From an uncultured Nitrospiraceae bacterium (GTDB taxonomy: Bacteria > Nitrospirota > Thermodesulfovibrionia > Thermodesulfovibrionales > Dissulfurispiraceae): a DNA stretch of 64,000 nt. Positions 9,509 through 19,995 of the stretch are shown one piece after another (within the stretch, counting starts at the first letter, position 1; each line of letters starts with the position of its first letter). The notes below the pieces were generated by a model, which was not told where the DNA came from, ran no database searches, and saw nothing but the letters and a program-made list of their open reading frames with translations. Both the position numbers and the translations under genes were made by a program. Location: assembly GCA_963705105.1 (NCBI GenBank), contig CAVPIW010000005.1, forward strand, positions 352,001 to 416,000. The letters are read 5' to 3'.

Positions 9509-11359
9509 TCACGACTTCGGCGCCTTTTCCTTCTTCGGGGTCTTCGCAGGCCCCGGTTTTGCCGGCTTTGCCGCGTTGTCGCCGGCGATCCGGCCGAAGG
9601 TGATCGTCTCGGAGATCGAGTTGCCGCCCAGGCGGTTCGCGCCGTGGACTCCGCCTGTCACCTCTCCCGCCGCAAAGAAACCGGGGATGGGCTTACCGTT
9701 CTTGCCGATGACCTGGGCTCCGGTGTTGATCTTGAGGCCGCCCATGGTGTAGTGAACGCCCGGCATGATCTCGATAGCGTAGTACTTGGGCGTCCGTAAA
9801 GGCCGCGGCATGTCGGGCCGCTTGAACTCCAGGTCGTTCTTGTCATCGAAGGCCTTGTTGTACCCGTTCACCGTCGCCTCAAAGGCTTCAGCCGGAACTT
9901 TCAGCTTCCCCGCCAGGTCTTTGACGGTTTCCCCCTCGACCACCAGGTTGAGGTGGAAGTACCCGTCGATCTGCTTCAGGCTCTTCCGCACGCCCTCATC
10001 AAAGACCAGGAAAGCCGTCTTGCCGGTCTGGGCGAGAATGGCCGCCGAGGCGGCGTCACGGGTGGTGAGCTCATTGACGAAGCGCTTCCCTTCGCGGTTG
10101 ACAAGGATGGCCCCGTTGCCGCGGACCGCTTCGGTAATCAGGATACGGCTTCCCGCTGCAACAGTCGGGTGGATCTGGATCTCCTTCATGTGGATCAGGT
10201 TTCCGCCGGCGGCATCGCCCAGTTCCATCCCGTCACCCGTCGCCCCCGGTTGGTTGGACGTAGTCATGCCTTTGAATGGAGGCTGATAGAAGGCGACCTT
10301 CTCAGGGTTTGCCGAGAAACCACCCGCAGTAAGGACAACGGCTTTTGCCTCGATCTTATACAGCTTGCTGTGCTTGCCCTCGACCAGCACGCCCGTTACC
10401 CTGCCCTTCTTGTCCTCCAGGACCTTCAGGACCCTGCTGTTAAGACGCACGTCGATCTTACGGTTCTCGGCATTCTTCTTCAGCACCTGCGTGATGTGGG
10501 CGCCGACGGCGGCGCCGCCAGTCGGTCGGTGGGTGCGGTAGACGCTCGCGCCGCCCATCTGGCCGACGTCACTCACATCAGCCCCGAGGCTTGTGAGCCA
10601 GTCGACGGAGCCGGCCGAGTTGTTGGCAAGGACCCGCACCAGCTCGGGGTCATTGAGATTCTTTCCGCCCTTCATCGTGTCGTCGAACATGATTTGGCAA
10701 GTGTCTTTGATGCCCTTCTTCTTCTGGAACTGCGTCTCACAGGCGTTCATGCCGCCGGCGGCGAGCTGGCTGTTGCCCCCGGTGATGGGCATCTTCTCCA
10801 GCAGTATAACCTTCGCTCCTTTGTCGTGGGCGGTGATCGCGGCGCTGAAGCCTGCCGCCCCCGCGCCGATGACGAGGACATCGGTCTTCTCGGTCCTGAT
10901 CTTCTTCGGCACATCCTTCACTTCCGGCAGCTTGACGGACGGCAATTGGGCGGCAAGGGCGCCCGCCGGGATCTTCAGGTCAAAGCCGTGGCAGTTGAGG
11001 CAGTATGTCCACGAAGTCGTGTGGCCGTGGTGGCAGACGGTGCAGTCGATGTTCCCCAGATGGGCTTTGTGCGGATTGACCTCGTGCTTCGACTTTTCGG
11101 CGATTTTCTCCAGCGAGCCGTGACACTCGATGCACTTCCCGTTCACCACGGTCTCGTTGTCGTCGACCTTTGTCTCCTTCCCATGGCACGACGAGCACTC
11201 CATGCCTTTGTCCTTGTGCATGTCGGCGAGGAACGCACCCTTTGCCGGCTGAGCCTGCTTGCCGCCCTTGCCCGGGGCGGTCTCGGCCCAGGCCGCAGGC
11301 ACAGTCAGCGCAAGCGCAACGGCAACCATCAGCATGACGGCGACTTTCATTATTTTCAT
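9509..11359 (-). CDS. Tetraheme flavocytochrome c, soluble fumarate-reductase (FccA-like) type
   Basis: Signal peptide; CSSCH, CIECH, CTVCH, CLNCH; GAGAAG FAD loop; QIHPT, TEAVRG, VHYTMGG, HGANRLGGNS. Confidence 0.92.
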   Translation of the reverse strand: MKIMKVAVMLMVAVALALTVPAAWAETAPGKGGKQAQPAKGAFLADMHKDKGMECSSCHGKETKVDDNETVVNGKCIECHGSLEKIAEKSKHEVNPHKAHLGNIDCTVCHHGHTTSWTYCLNCHGFDLKIPAGALAAQLPSVKLPEVKDVPKKIRTEKTDVLVIGAGAAGFSAAITAHDKGAKVILLEKMPITGGNSQLAAGGMNACETQFQKKKGIKDTCQIMFDDTMKGGKNLNDPELVRVLANNSAGSVDWLTSLGADVSDVGQMGGASVYRTHRPTGGAAVGAHITQVLKKNAENRKIDVRLNSRVLKVLEDKKGRVTGVLVEGKHSKLYKIEAKAVVLTAGGFSANPEKVAFYQPPFKGMTTSNQPGATGDGMELGDAAGGNLIHMKEIQIHPTVAAGSRILITEAVRGNGAILVNREGKRFVNELTTRDAASAAILAQTGKTAFLVFDEGVRKSLKQIDGYFHLNLVVEGETVKDLAGKLKVPAEAFEATVNGYNKAFDDKNDLEFKRPDMPRPLRTPKYYAIEIMPGVHYTMGGLKINTGAQVIGKNGKPIPGFFAAGEVTGGVHGANRLGGNSISETITFGRIAGDNAAKPAKPGPAKTPKKEKAPKS

Positions 11360-11398
11360 AATTCCTCCTATCGTCTGATTAGCCTGCGAGCTTCTTGT

Positions 11399-11752
11399 AA
11401 ATCTCATCGACACATATACCCAACCGAAAGGCAAGGGGCATGCTCCGAAAACCTTGCTGCGACGACACCGTAACCCTCACAGAAAACACTCAAGCCAATG
11501 TCGAAAAAGATTATCCTGACAATACAAATCGACAATTTTCAAACTCTTTCGCCTTATAACAGAAGGTGCCCAACCGTAAGGCAAGGGGCATGCTCCGAAA
11601 ACCTTGCTGCGACGGTACCTTAACCGTCACAAAAGACAACGCCTCAAGCCGATATCTGAAATATCGTGCCTTTTACTGACACTCACACTCACACTGTCAC
11701 CGACACTGTTTTCTGGGCTCTTTGTCCCGCCTTTTCATGCAGCTGAAGGTTA
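11399..11752 (+). repeat. Two tandem degenerate family-1 elements, the second with an (ACACTC/G)n core
   Basis: CCCAACCG(A/T)AAGGCAAGGGGCATGCTCCGAAAACCTTGCTGCGACG at 11419 and 11569; right end TTTGTCCCGCCTTTTCATGCAGCTGAAGGTTA. Confidence 0.85.
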
Positions 11753-12340
11753 CTTCTTCTTCGCCTTCTCCACGGAAACGGCCAGCGCCTCGGTGTAGGT
11801 GATCTGCACCTCGTCGCCCACCTTTATCTTCTCCAGGTTCTTGGGGTTCTCCGCCTTCACCGTCACTGTCCTGCCCTCCGGTCCCTTCAGGGTAACGGTG
11901 GCCTTCTTCTTGTCGATTGCCTGGATCGTCGCGACAAGGCTCACCTCGCGGCCCACCTTGCCCGCAGGGCTCTCTCCCGGCTTCGCACGAGACATGGTTT
12001 CGGTCTCCCGCACGCCCTCTGCAATCTCCCCGGGCTTCAGGATCCGGAACGCAATCGATTCATAGTACTTCACCACGACGATGTCACCGACCTTCACCTG
12101 AGGCAGGTTCCTGACTTCCTCGCCCACGGCGACATCGAACACATTGCCCTTTTCACCCTTCAGCGTCACAACGCGCTTCTCAAGGTCGACGGCCTGAACG
12201 GTCGCCTTCGTCGAAACGGCCCTCTCCTTCTTCACGGATGGTTGTTTGTCCGTAGATGCAGCCTTCTCTCCGGCGAAAGCCAGGCCGGCAAGGGACAAAC
12301 CGAAAAGGACAACGAGACAGAGTGCAAATACTTTCTTCAT
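11750..12340 (-). CDS. Hypothetical secreted protein with duplicated small beta-barrel repeats
   Basis: Signal peptide; two A.V.A.D..K..VTLKG..G...KVGD.V repeats. Confidence 0.75.
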   Translation of the reverse strand: MKKVFALCLVVLFGLSLAGLAFAGEKAASTDKQPSVKKERAVSTKATVQAVDLEKRVVTLKGEKGNVFDVAVGEEVRNLPQVKVGDIVVVKYYESIAFRILKPGEIAEGVRETETMSRAKPGESPAGKVGREVSLVATIQAIDKKKATVTLKGPEGRTVTVKAENPKNLEKIKVGDEVQITYTEALAVSVEKAKKK

Positions 12341-12407
12341 TACTACCTCCTTTTACCGATGTGGTTTCTAATAACTATGCAAACTATATCACCCTGTAGG
12401 TATATCT

Positions 12408-12627
12408 TAACCTTATCGTTGCACTACACTCCCGGGAAAGGCGGGGCGTATGCGCCGAAAACCTTGCTGCGGCGACTCCGTAACCCTCACAGAAGACGAC
12501 CTTTCAAGCCAATGATCGATGCCACAAAGAGTGGAATCCCGAAAGACAAACCTGACGAGGCTCATCGTCGCCTTCAACAAGGCTTTGAGGCGCTTCGCCC
12601 CGCCTTTCAATGCAACTACTAAGGTTA
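12408..12627 (+). repeat. Complete family-1 palindromic element (MITE-like)
   Basis: Terminal IRs TAACCTTATCGTTGCA / TGCAACTACTAAGGTTA; inner ~42-bp IR GAAAGGCGGGGCG...GGCGAC / GTCGCC...CGCCCCGCCTTTC. Confidence 0.92.
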
Positions 12628-12653
12628 AGTCAGGGGAATTTGTCATGACATTC

Positions 12654-13355
12654 TCACCCTTTCTTCGACCGTCTTGTCTCGATCTCCAGCGAAACCAGCC
12701 TGGCGAGCAGAATCGCGGGATAGAGCTGCCCGATGAGCGCTTCGAGCATCACGAGGGAGCGCGCCAGGGGGTGGATCGCCGTGATATCTCCGAAGCCGAC
12801 CGTTGTCAGTGCGACCATGCTGAAATACATGAATGCCTCAGTCCGCTCAGGCCCGGTCTGGGATACCCAGGCAGGCAGTTGAAACGAGCCGGGGACCAGA
12901 TGAGACATGATCGTGTAGCCGAAAGCGAACAGCACCGCAAGGAGCAGATATGCGGCGACGGCGCCTCGGACACGATGGCCTGTCACCGGGCCTTCACGAT
13001 AGACCTGCCACAGCACCACAACCACCATGCCGACAATCGACAGCAGCGAGAGCAGGGCGTCCCACAGCACAAGGCCGGAAATGTCGAAGACGACCCGGGC
13101 CAGTCGAATCCCGATGGCGCAGACAATAAACACCCCGGAAACCACCTGGATAATCCTGTGACGGACCATCGCAAGCAACCCTGCAAGGAGCATAAGAGAA
13201 AAGACGACGGCGGCCAACAGTCCTGTTGCAAAACCGGCCCTGGTTGACGGCATGGTTATGAATATTTCGACGATCAGCAGGACAAGGAGCGCGGTGAGGC
13301 TGCGCTCTTCCGTCAGGAGGCTCATCAATCGCTGAACCGTCGACAGAGGCTTCAC
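12654..13355 (-). CDS. Potassium channel family membrane protein
   Basis: YFSMVALTTVGFGDI selectivity-filter motif; several TM segments. Confidence 0.88.
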   Translation of the reverse strand: MKPLSTVQRLMSLLTEERSLTALLVLLIVEIFITMPSTRAGFATGLLAAVVFSLMLLAGLLAMVRHRIIQVVSGVFIVCAIGIRLARVVFDISGLVLWDALLSLLSIVGMVVVVLWQVYREGPVTGHRVRGAVAAYLLLAVLFAFGYTIMSHLVPGSFQLPAWVSQTGPERTEAFMYFSMVALTTVGFGDITAIHPLARSLVMLEALIGQLYPAILLARLVSLEIETRRSKKG

Positions 13356-13426
13356 ATCATCTCCGTTTCGGGCCGAAAGAGGCTGGTGCCCGCTTCCGTC
13401 TGTCCCGATGTGGCGTGCGTTCCGGG

Positions 13427-14879
13427 TTACCGTGCCTCAGGGGTCTCCTGGGTCATGTGGTCCGCCTCGACGACCCATCCGCCTCCCATGGCTTTGTACA
13501 CGTTGACGAGGGCCTGAAACAGGGTCCCCTGTGTCTGCACGTATGTCAACTCGGCATTGTAAAACCTGCTCTGCGCATCGAGCACTTCGAGATAACTGGT
13601 GTATCCGTTGTCATAGCGCAGCCAGGAGAGGCGCAAGATAGTCGCGAAGGGAGTCCACCTGCTTCGCAAGAGCTTCCAGTTGCTCCCTCGTTCTCTTCTG
13701 GTCGACGAGGGCATCATCCACCTCGCGAAATGCCGTCTGGATCGACTGCTCGTACGACAGAAGCGCCTGCTGCTGAACCGCCTCGGCGGACTTTACCTGT
13801 CCGGCAATGGCGCCGGCGGTGAAGATCGGCGCGGAGACCGGCACCGCCCAGCTCCAGGTTTTCGCCGGCCCCTTGAAGAGGTCCGACAGGTCGTTGCTGG
13901 CGAATCCGAGGAGCCCCGTAAGGGAGATGCTCGGGTAATAGAGCGACTTCGCGACACCGATGTTCGCATTGGCGGCGATGAGGTTCTGCTCGGCCTGGCG
14001 GATGTCGGGACGGTTCCCGAGGATATCCGAAGGCAGGCCTGCAGGCACGGCGGGAGACACGAGCTGATCGATCGTCCTGCCGCGCGGAATGGGACCGGGG
14101 TTCCTTCCCAGGAGCACACTCAACGCATTCTCCTGCTGGCTGATGAACTTCTCGAAGAGAGAGACGTTCGAGAGCGCCTGTTCATACTGGGATTTCGACT
14201 GGCTGACTTCCACTTCAGAGACGATCCCGTACTCGAAGCGGAGCTTGAAGATATCGTACGACTCCTTATAGCTCTGTGCGGTCTCCTTCGTGAGCTCGAT
14301 CTGCTTGTCGAGGTCACGGAGGTTGATGTAGGAATTCGCCACAGAGCTGACGAGGGTCAGGATCACCGATCTCCTCGCCTCCTCCGAGCTGAGGATGTTC
14401 GCCCGGGCGGCCTCCGTCGCGCGCCGCAGCTTGCCCCAGAGGTCGATCTCCCAGGCGGCATTGAGAAACAGTTCCGAGCTGTTAAACGTTGCGTTGGCGC
14501 CGGTCCCATCGAGAGGTGTCGGCCCTGTCAGTTCACTCGCCCGCTGTCTCCCATAGGCTGCGCCGGCGAATACTTGCGGGAAGAGAGCCGCACGCGTCGT
14601 GCCGTAAAGGCCGGCGAACTCTTCGACCCGCGCAGCGGCGATCATCACATCCTTGTTCTCCCGGAGGGCGGTCTGAATGAGCTCATTCAGGACCGGGTCA
14701 CCGAACTGCTCCCACCAGGCGGTATTGGCAAGGTCCTTGGCTTCTTCCTCAGACAGCCGCCAGGAAGGGGGGACATCGACGGTCGGTCGCTGGTAATCCG
14801 GACCGACCATGCAGCCGCAGAGTGTCAGTGCCAGTGACAGTGCCAGTGTCTGGAAAAGACGAGCACGTATCCTACGCAT
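13427..14879 (-). pseudogene. NodT/OprM-family efflux outer membrane factor with one apparent frameshift (~13635)
   Basis: Lipobox LCGC, WEIDLWG, RPDIRQAE; the C-terminus RYDNGYTSYLEVLDA...YKAMGGGW lies in a different frame. Confidence 0.85.
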
Positions 14880-17800
14880 GGCTCTCTCCCTCCTTTATCC
14901 CGGCATGTCCGGTCGGCGGTGTCCCATGGCCTTCAGCCTCTCCGCCGGACGGCGGATGGGCGCCGGTATCGCCCTTGCGAGCGATTTTTCCACCACATAG
15001 AAGGTGACGGGGATGAGGAATATGGCGATGAAGGAGGCAGCCAGCATCCCGAAGATGACGGTGTAGCCCATGACCTGCCGCGAGATGGCGCCGGCCCCGC
15101 TGGCGATGGCCAGCGGCACACAGCCGAGGATGAAGGCGAAGGAGGTCATCAGGATCGGCCTGAGGCGCTAGCTTGGCCCCGTCCAGGGTCGCATCCATCA
15201 GCGGTCTCCCCTTTCTCATACTCCAGCTTGGCGAACTCGACGATGAGGATGGCGTTCTTCGCCGCCAGACCGATCAGCATGACCAGGCCGATCTGGGCAT
15301 AGATGTTGTTCTCGAATTTGCCGAAGAGGAGGCCGGCAAAGGCTCCGGCCACGGCCACCGGCGTTCCCAGCAGGACCGAGAACGGCAGCGACCAGCTCTC
15401 GTACTGGGCCGCCAGGATCAGGAATACGCAGAGGAAGGAGAAGGCGAAGATCACCGCCGGTGATATCCCCTTCTGGGCCTTCTTCTCCTGGAATGACATG
15501 CCGCTGTAGTCGTAGCCCATCTCCTGCGGCATGGTCTGGGCAAAGGCCTCTTCCAGCGCCTGCATGGCCTGGGCCGAACTATAGCCGGGGGCCGCGGTGG
15601 CGTTGATCTGGGCCGAACGGTACAGGTTGAAGCGCATGGTGAATTCCGGGCCGGTAATGTTGCGAACGGAAGTCAGCGCCGAGAGGGGAACAGCTTGCCC
15701 ATCTTTGTTGCGCACATAGAACTGGCCGATATTCTCGATGTTGGTCCGGTAGTCCCCCTCAGCTTGGATATAGGTCTGCCACTGACGGCCGAATTTATTG
15801 AAGTAATTGATGAAACCGCTCCCCATGAAGCTCTGCAGGACCTTGTAGACGTCGCTTATTTCAACCCCCTGCTTCAGCACCTTGTCGCGGTCCACATCCA
15901 CGAACAGCTGCGGCACGTTGGGGAGGAAGGTGGTGGTAACCCGGGCCAGTTCCGGCCTTTTCCTGGCCGCTTCGATGAATTTCTGCGTATTTTCGGCCAG
16001 GAAAGCGACATCCTTGCCGGCCTTGTCCTGCAGCATGAAGGTCGCTCCGCCCGAGGTGCCGATACCCATGATGGCCGGCGGCGGGAACGGGAAGGCGATA
16101 GCGCCCGGAAGCCCGCCCAACGTTTTCGTCAGGGAGGCCTTGATGGCCTCGTACTGCTCTTCCGGAGCCTTGCGCTCTTTCCACTCTTTCAGGGAGATGA
16201 AGAAAAAGGCACTGTAGGTATTACTGACCTGGCTGAGCATGCTGTAGCCGAGAATCGACGAACAGTACTGGACACCCGGGGTTTTCATGATGATCTCTTC
16301 GGCCTGACGGGCGACTTCACTGGTCCGCTGCAGCGAAGAGGCGTTGGGGAGTTGGATTGCGGCGAAGATAAAGCCCTGGTCCTCGTCGGGGAGGAATCCG
16401 GTGGGAATGCTCTTGCCAGCAACCCCGGCCAGGATGGTCACCCCGAGCAGCAGGAGCAGACTGGTCTTGCTTTTCCTGATGGCGACAGAGCAAATCCCCA
16501 CATAGCCATCGGTGGCCCGGCCAAAGACCCGGTTGAACCAGTCGTAGAACTTCTGCAGCGGGCCGGTCCCCTTGACCTTCGGCTTCAGCAGCAGGGCGCA
16601 GAGGGCCGGGGAGAGGGTCAGGGCGTTGAAAGCGGAGATGATGACCGAGATGGCGATGGTCACGGCGAACTGCTGGTAAAGCTGGCCGGTGATGCCGGGG
16701 ATGAAGGCGGTCGGCACGAAGACCGCCGCCAGGATGATGGCAATGGCGACGACCGGGCCGGAGACCTCCTCCATGGCCTTTGAAGGTCGCATCCTTGGGC
16801 GACATGCCATGTTCGATATGGTGCTCCACCGCTTCGACCACGACAATGGCGTCATCGACGACCAGGCCGATGGCAAGGACCATCCCGAAGAGCGAGAGGG
16901 TGTTGATAGAAAAACCGAGCATCGGGAAGATGGCGAAGGTTCCCACCAGGGACACCGGCACCGCCAGCAGCGGGATGAGGGTGGCCCGCCACCCCTGGAG
17001 GAAGATGAAGACCACCAGGATGACCAGCACCAGCGCCTCGAAGAAGGTATGCTTGATCTCGTTGATCCCCTCGGTGACCGCCAGGGTGGTGTCGAGCGCC
17101 ACCGTGTACTCAAGGTCAGGCGGGAAGCTCTTACTCAGCTCCGCCATCAGTTTCTTGGCGTCGTTGGCCGATTCAAGTGCGTTGGTTCCCGGCATCTGGT
17201 AGAGGGCAACCAGGGCACAGGGCTTGCCGTTGAGGCGTCCTTCCTGCTTATAGTTCTGGGCGCCCAATTCGATGCGGGCCACGTCCTTCAACCCGGACAA
17301 GGGAACCGTCCGGATTAGCGCGCAGCACGATGTTGCCGAACTCGGCCTCGCTCTGCAGACGTCCCTGGGCGCGAACCGTGTAGGTGAATTCCTGCCCCTT
17401 CGGCACCGGCTGGCTGCCGACCTGGCCGGCCGGGTTGACGGTGTTCTGGGCCTTGACCGCGTTCATGATTTCCGGGATGGTGATATTCAACTTGGCCAAC
17501 TGGTCCGGTCGGACCCAGATCCGCATGGCGTACTGGCCGGCGCCGAAGACCGAGACGCTGGCGATGCCCTTGATGCGGGTCATCTGGTCGTTGATGTTGA
17601 TATAGGAGTAGTTGGTCAGGAAGACGTTGTCGTAGGTACCTTTGGGAGAGGAGAGGGCGAACATCAGGTACGGCGCCGAGGTCGACTTCGCCACGGTAAC
17701 ACCGTAGCTGGTGACATCGGCCGGCAATTGAGACGCCGCCTGGTTCTGGCGCATCTGGGAGAGGATCTGGTCGGTGTTGGCGTCGGTACCCAGTTCGAAG

Positions 17801-18078
17801 TAGTTGTAGAGGGTCATGGAACCGTCGTTGGCGTTGACGGAGTACATGTAGTCCAGGTTGTCGACGCCGGACATCTGCTGTTCGATGGGTGTGGCCACCG
17901 ACTGCTCCACGGTAACAGCGTCGGCGCCGGTGTAGACGCCGTTCACCTGGATCGCCGGCGGGACGATGTTGGGGAACTGGGCAATGGGAAGTCCCGACAT
18001 GGCCACAGCGCCGAGGATGACCATGAAGATGGAGATCACCATGGCCACAATAGGGCGATTGATGAAGAACTTTGACAT
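14872..18078 (-). pseudogene. HAE1-family RND efflux permease (AcrB-like), split by about five frameshifts
   Basis: MSKFFINRPI start, AIGLVVDDAIVVVE, GLAAKNAILIVEFA, RPILMTS distributed over five ORF fragments. Confidence 0.88.
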
Positions 18079-18081
18079 GGG

Positions 18082-19344
18082 CTACCTCTTCTCTGCGGGC
18101 GCGGCCGGTTTCGCCTCAGGTTTGGCGGCAGCTCCCTGGGCCGGTGCCGCTGCCGCCTTGGCAGCTGCTTCCGGATCGAAGGGCTGCGGAACCACCACCA
18201 TGTCCGGTTTCACCTTCTGCGTCCCCTCGACGACAACCTTCTCTCCGGCCTTCAGACCTTCCTCGATGATCCAGTCCGAGCCGATCCGCTCCGCCACTTT
18301 CACCGGGCGGATGCTGACCTTGTTGTCAGCACCGACTACTGCCACCAGGTATTTCCCCTGCATGTCGGTGACGGAGCGCTGAGGAATGAGGATTGCACCT
18401 TTTTTGACCGACATGACCGCCCGCACCAGGCCGTAGCCGCCGGGGCGGAGCCTGTTCCCGGGGTTGGCAAAGAGCGAGCCCACCTTGAGGGTGCCGGTGG
18501 TCGGGTCGATCTGCCGGTCGGCCAGCGCCAGCTTCCCTTTATGGGGATAGACGCTGCCATCGGCCAGGATCAGCTCAAGATTGATATCCGCAGCCTTTTT
18601 CCCCGAGGCGCTGACTGCGAGATATTCCCGTTCGCTGACATTGATGTAGGCCTTGATCGGGTCAACGGAGGAGACGGAGGTCAATTCACTCTGCATGTTC
18701 GGACCGACCAGGTTGCCGAGTTGGGTCTTGGCGATGCCGGCGACGCCGTCGACGGGAGAGACGATTTTAGTGAACTCCAGGTTCAATTGAGCCTCCTCGA
18801 CAGCCGCCTGCGCAGCCTCAACGGAGGCCCTCATTGAGAGTTCCGCACCCACGGCATCGTCAAGGTCCTTCTGACTCACAGCGTTCTTTGCCGCCAGGGG
18901 CCTGATCCGTGCCAGGTTGGCCTTGGTCGTGTCGTGGCGCGCCTTCTGCTGGGAGAGCTGCCCCTTTGCCTGGTCAAGGGCTGCCTGGAAAGTGCGCGGG
19001 TCGATCTCGAAAAGCACCTGTCCTTTCTTGACCAGTTCACCTTCCCGGTAGTTCTGTTTGATGAGGTAACCGGTCACCTGGGGGCGGATGACTGCATTGA
19101 CGTAGCCGTCCAGTGCGCCGACCCACTCCTTGTAGATCGGCACATCTTTCTGGATAACGCTCACCACCTCAACCACCGGGGGCTGTGGCGCCGCTGCCTG
19201 CTCTTTCTTGCAGCCTGCCATGAGCAGCGCAGCTGCCAGCAAGAACACTGACAGGAGTGAGAGACTTCGCATGAGACCGGAACTCCCTGATCGGCTATCG
19301 CCGGTCATGACAGCAGGAACTGCAACAATCGGATTCCTCTTCAT
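18082..19344 (-). CDS. RND efflux periplasmic adaptor (AcrA-like)
   Basis: Lipobox LMAGC, IRPQVTGYL, VKKGQVLFEID, IVSPVDG. Confidence 0.92.
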   Translation of the reverse strand: MKRNPIVAVPAVMTGDSRSGSSGLMRSLSLLSVFLLAAALLMAGCKKEQAAAPQPPVVEVVSVIQKDVPIYKEWVGALDGYVNAVIRPQVTGYLIKQNYREGELVKKGQVLFEIDPRTFQAALDQAKGQLSQQKARHDTTKANLARIRPLAAKNAVSQKDLDDAVGAELSMRASVEAAQAAVEEAQLNLEFTKIVSPVDGVAGIAKTQLGNLVGPNMQSELTSVSSVDPIKAYINVSEREYLAVSASGKKAADINLELILADGSVYPHKGKLALADRQIDPTTGTLKVGSLFANPGNRLRPGGYGLVRAVMSVKKGAILIPQRSVTDMQGKYLVAVVGADNKVSIRPVKVAERIGSDWIIEEGLKAGEKVVVEGTQKVKPDMVVVPQPFDPEAAAKAAAAPAQGAAAKPEAKPAAPAEKR

Positions 19345-19498
19345 CAGAAATACCCCCTGGTATGGTGTTTGGTTTTCATGGAACCTTCGTGCCTGTCATA
19401 ATAAATGAACAGCGAGGCGGCCTGCCACACTGTTCATTAGTCGCTCATGATGGATTTAACTATCCCGCATCCCGATCCACCCCCGGCTGCAGTCGCGT

Positions 19499-19900
19499 TC
19501 ATTCTTTTTCCTGACCCCTTTCGCTGCGGGCGAATCGAAAGTACGCCCTGACCGTCATGAAGTTGATGATCACGGCAACCACGTTCCACGCTATCACCGG
19601 CCGCGACCCAATCAAAAGGCCGTAATAGACCCACACAATCTGAAAAACGCCCATAATCCCCGCCATCGTCGGGTTTATACCCTTGCTTGACCGCCGCCTG
19701 AACATCTTGACGAGGTCCGGTACGGCGGCAAAGGTCGTGCCGAAACCTGCCACAATGCCCAGGACCTCAGACTGTTGAAACCTGGGGAGCAGCAGGCTCG
19801 ACGCGTCGCGTATGACCAATTCCTCACATCCATAGAGCGTGATCACGCCCAGCAGGATAACCCCGCGTATCATCCAGTCGATGCATTTCTTCTCCGGCAT
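19499..19900 (-). CDS. SemiSWEET/PQ-loop family membrane protein
   Basis: GIVAGFGTTFAAVPDL...WVYYGLLIGSRPVIAWN. Confidence 0.75.
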   Translation of the reverse strand: MPEKKCIDWMIRGVILLGVITLYGCEELVIRDASSLLLPRFQQSEVLGIVAGFGTTFAAVPDLVKMFRRRSSKGINPTMAGIMGVFQIVWVYYGLLIGSRPVIAWNVVAVIINFMTVRAYFRFARSERGQEKE

Positions 19901-19995
19901 GGTCACTCCTTTCTGCCGCTGACGGCGACTGTTTCACCCGCTCGACGGGCATCAGGCAGGCGGCTGCACGCTCCGGTATGCAGAGGCCATGTTCT

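Noticed and set aside
12413..12646. Similar peptides (KRLKALLKATMSLVRF...) read from the 12408 and 42136 elements
   Set aside because: The same frame has a TAG in the 44635 copy and there is no conserved start; the similarity reflects the DNA repeat
13427..18078. Programmed frameshifting or phase variation in the RND genes
   Set aside because: Six separate sites in very short runs, with no slippery heptamer or long tract
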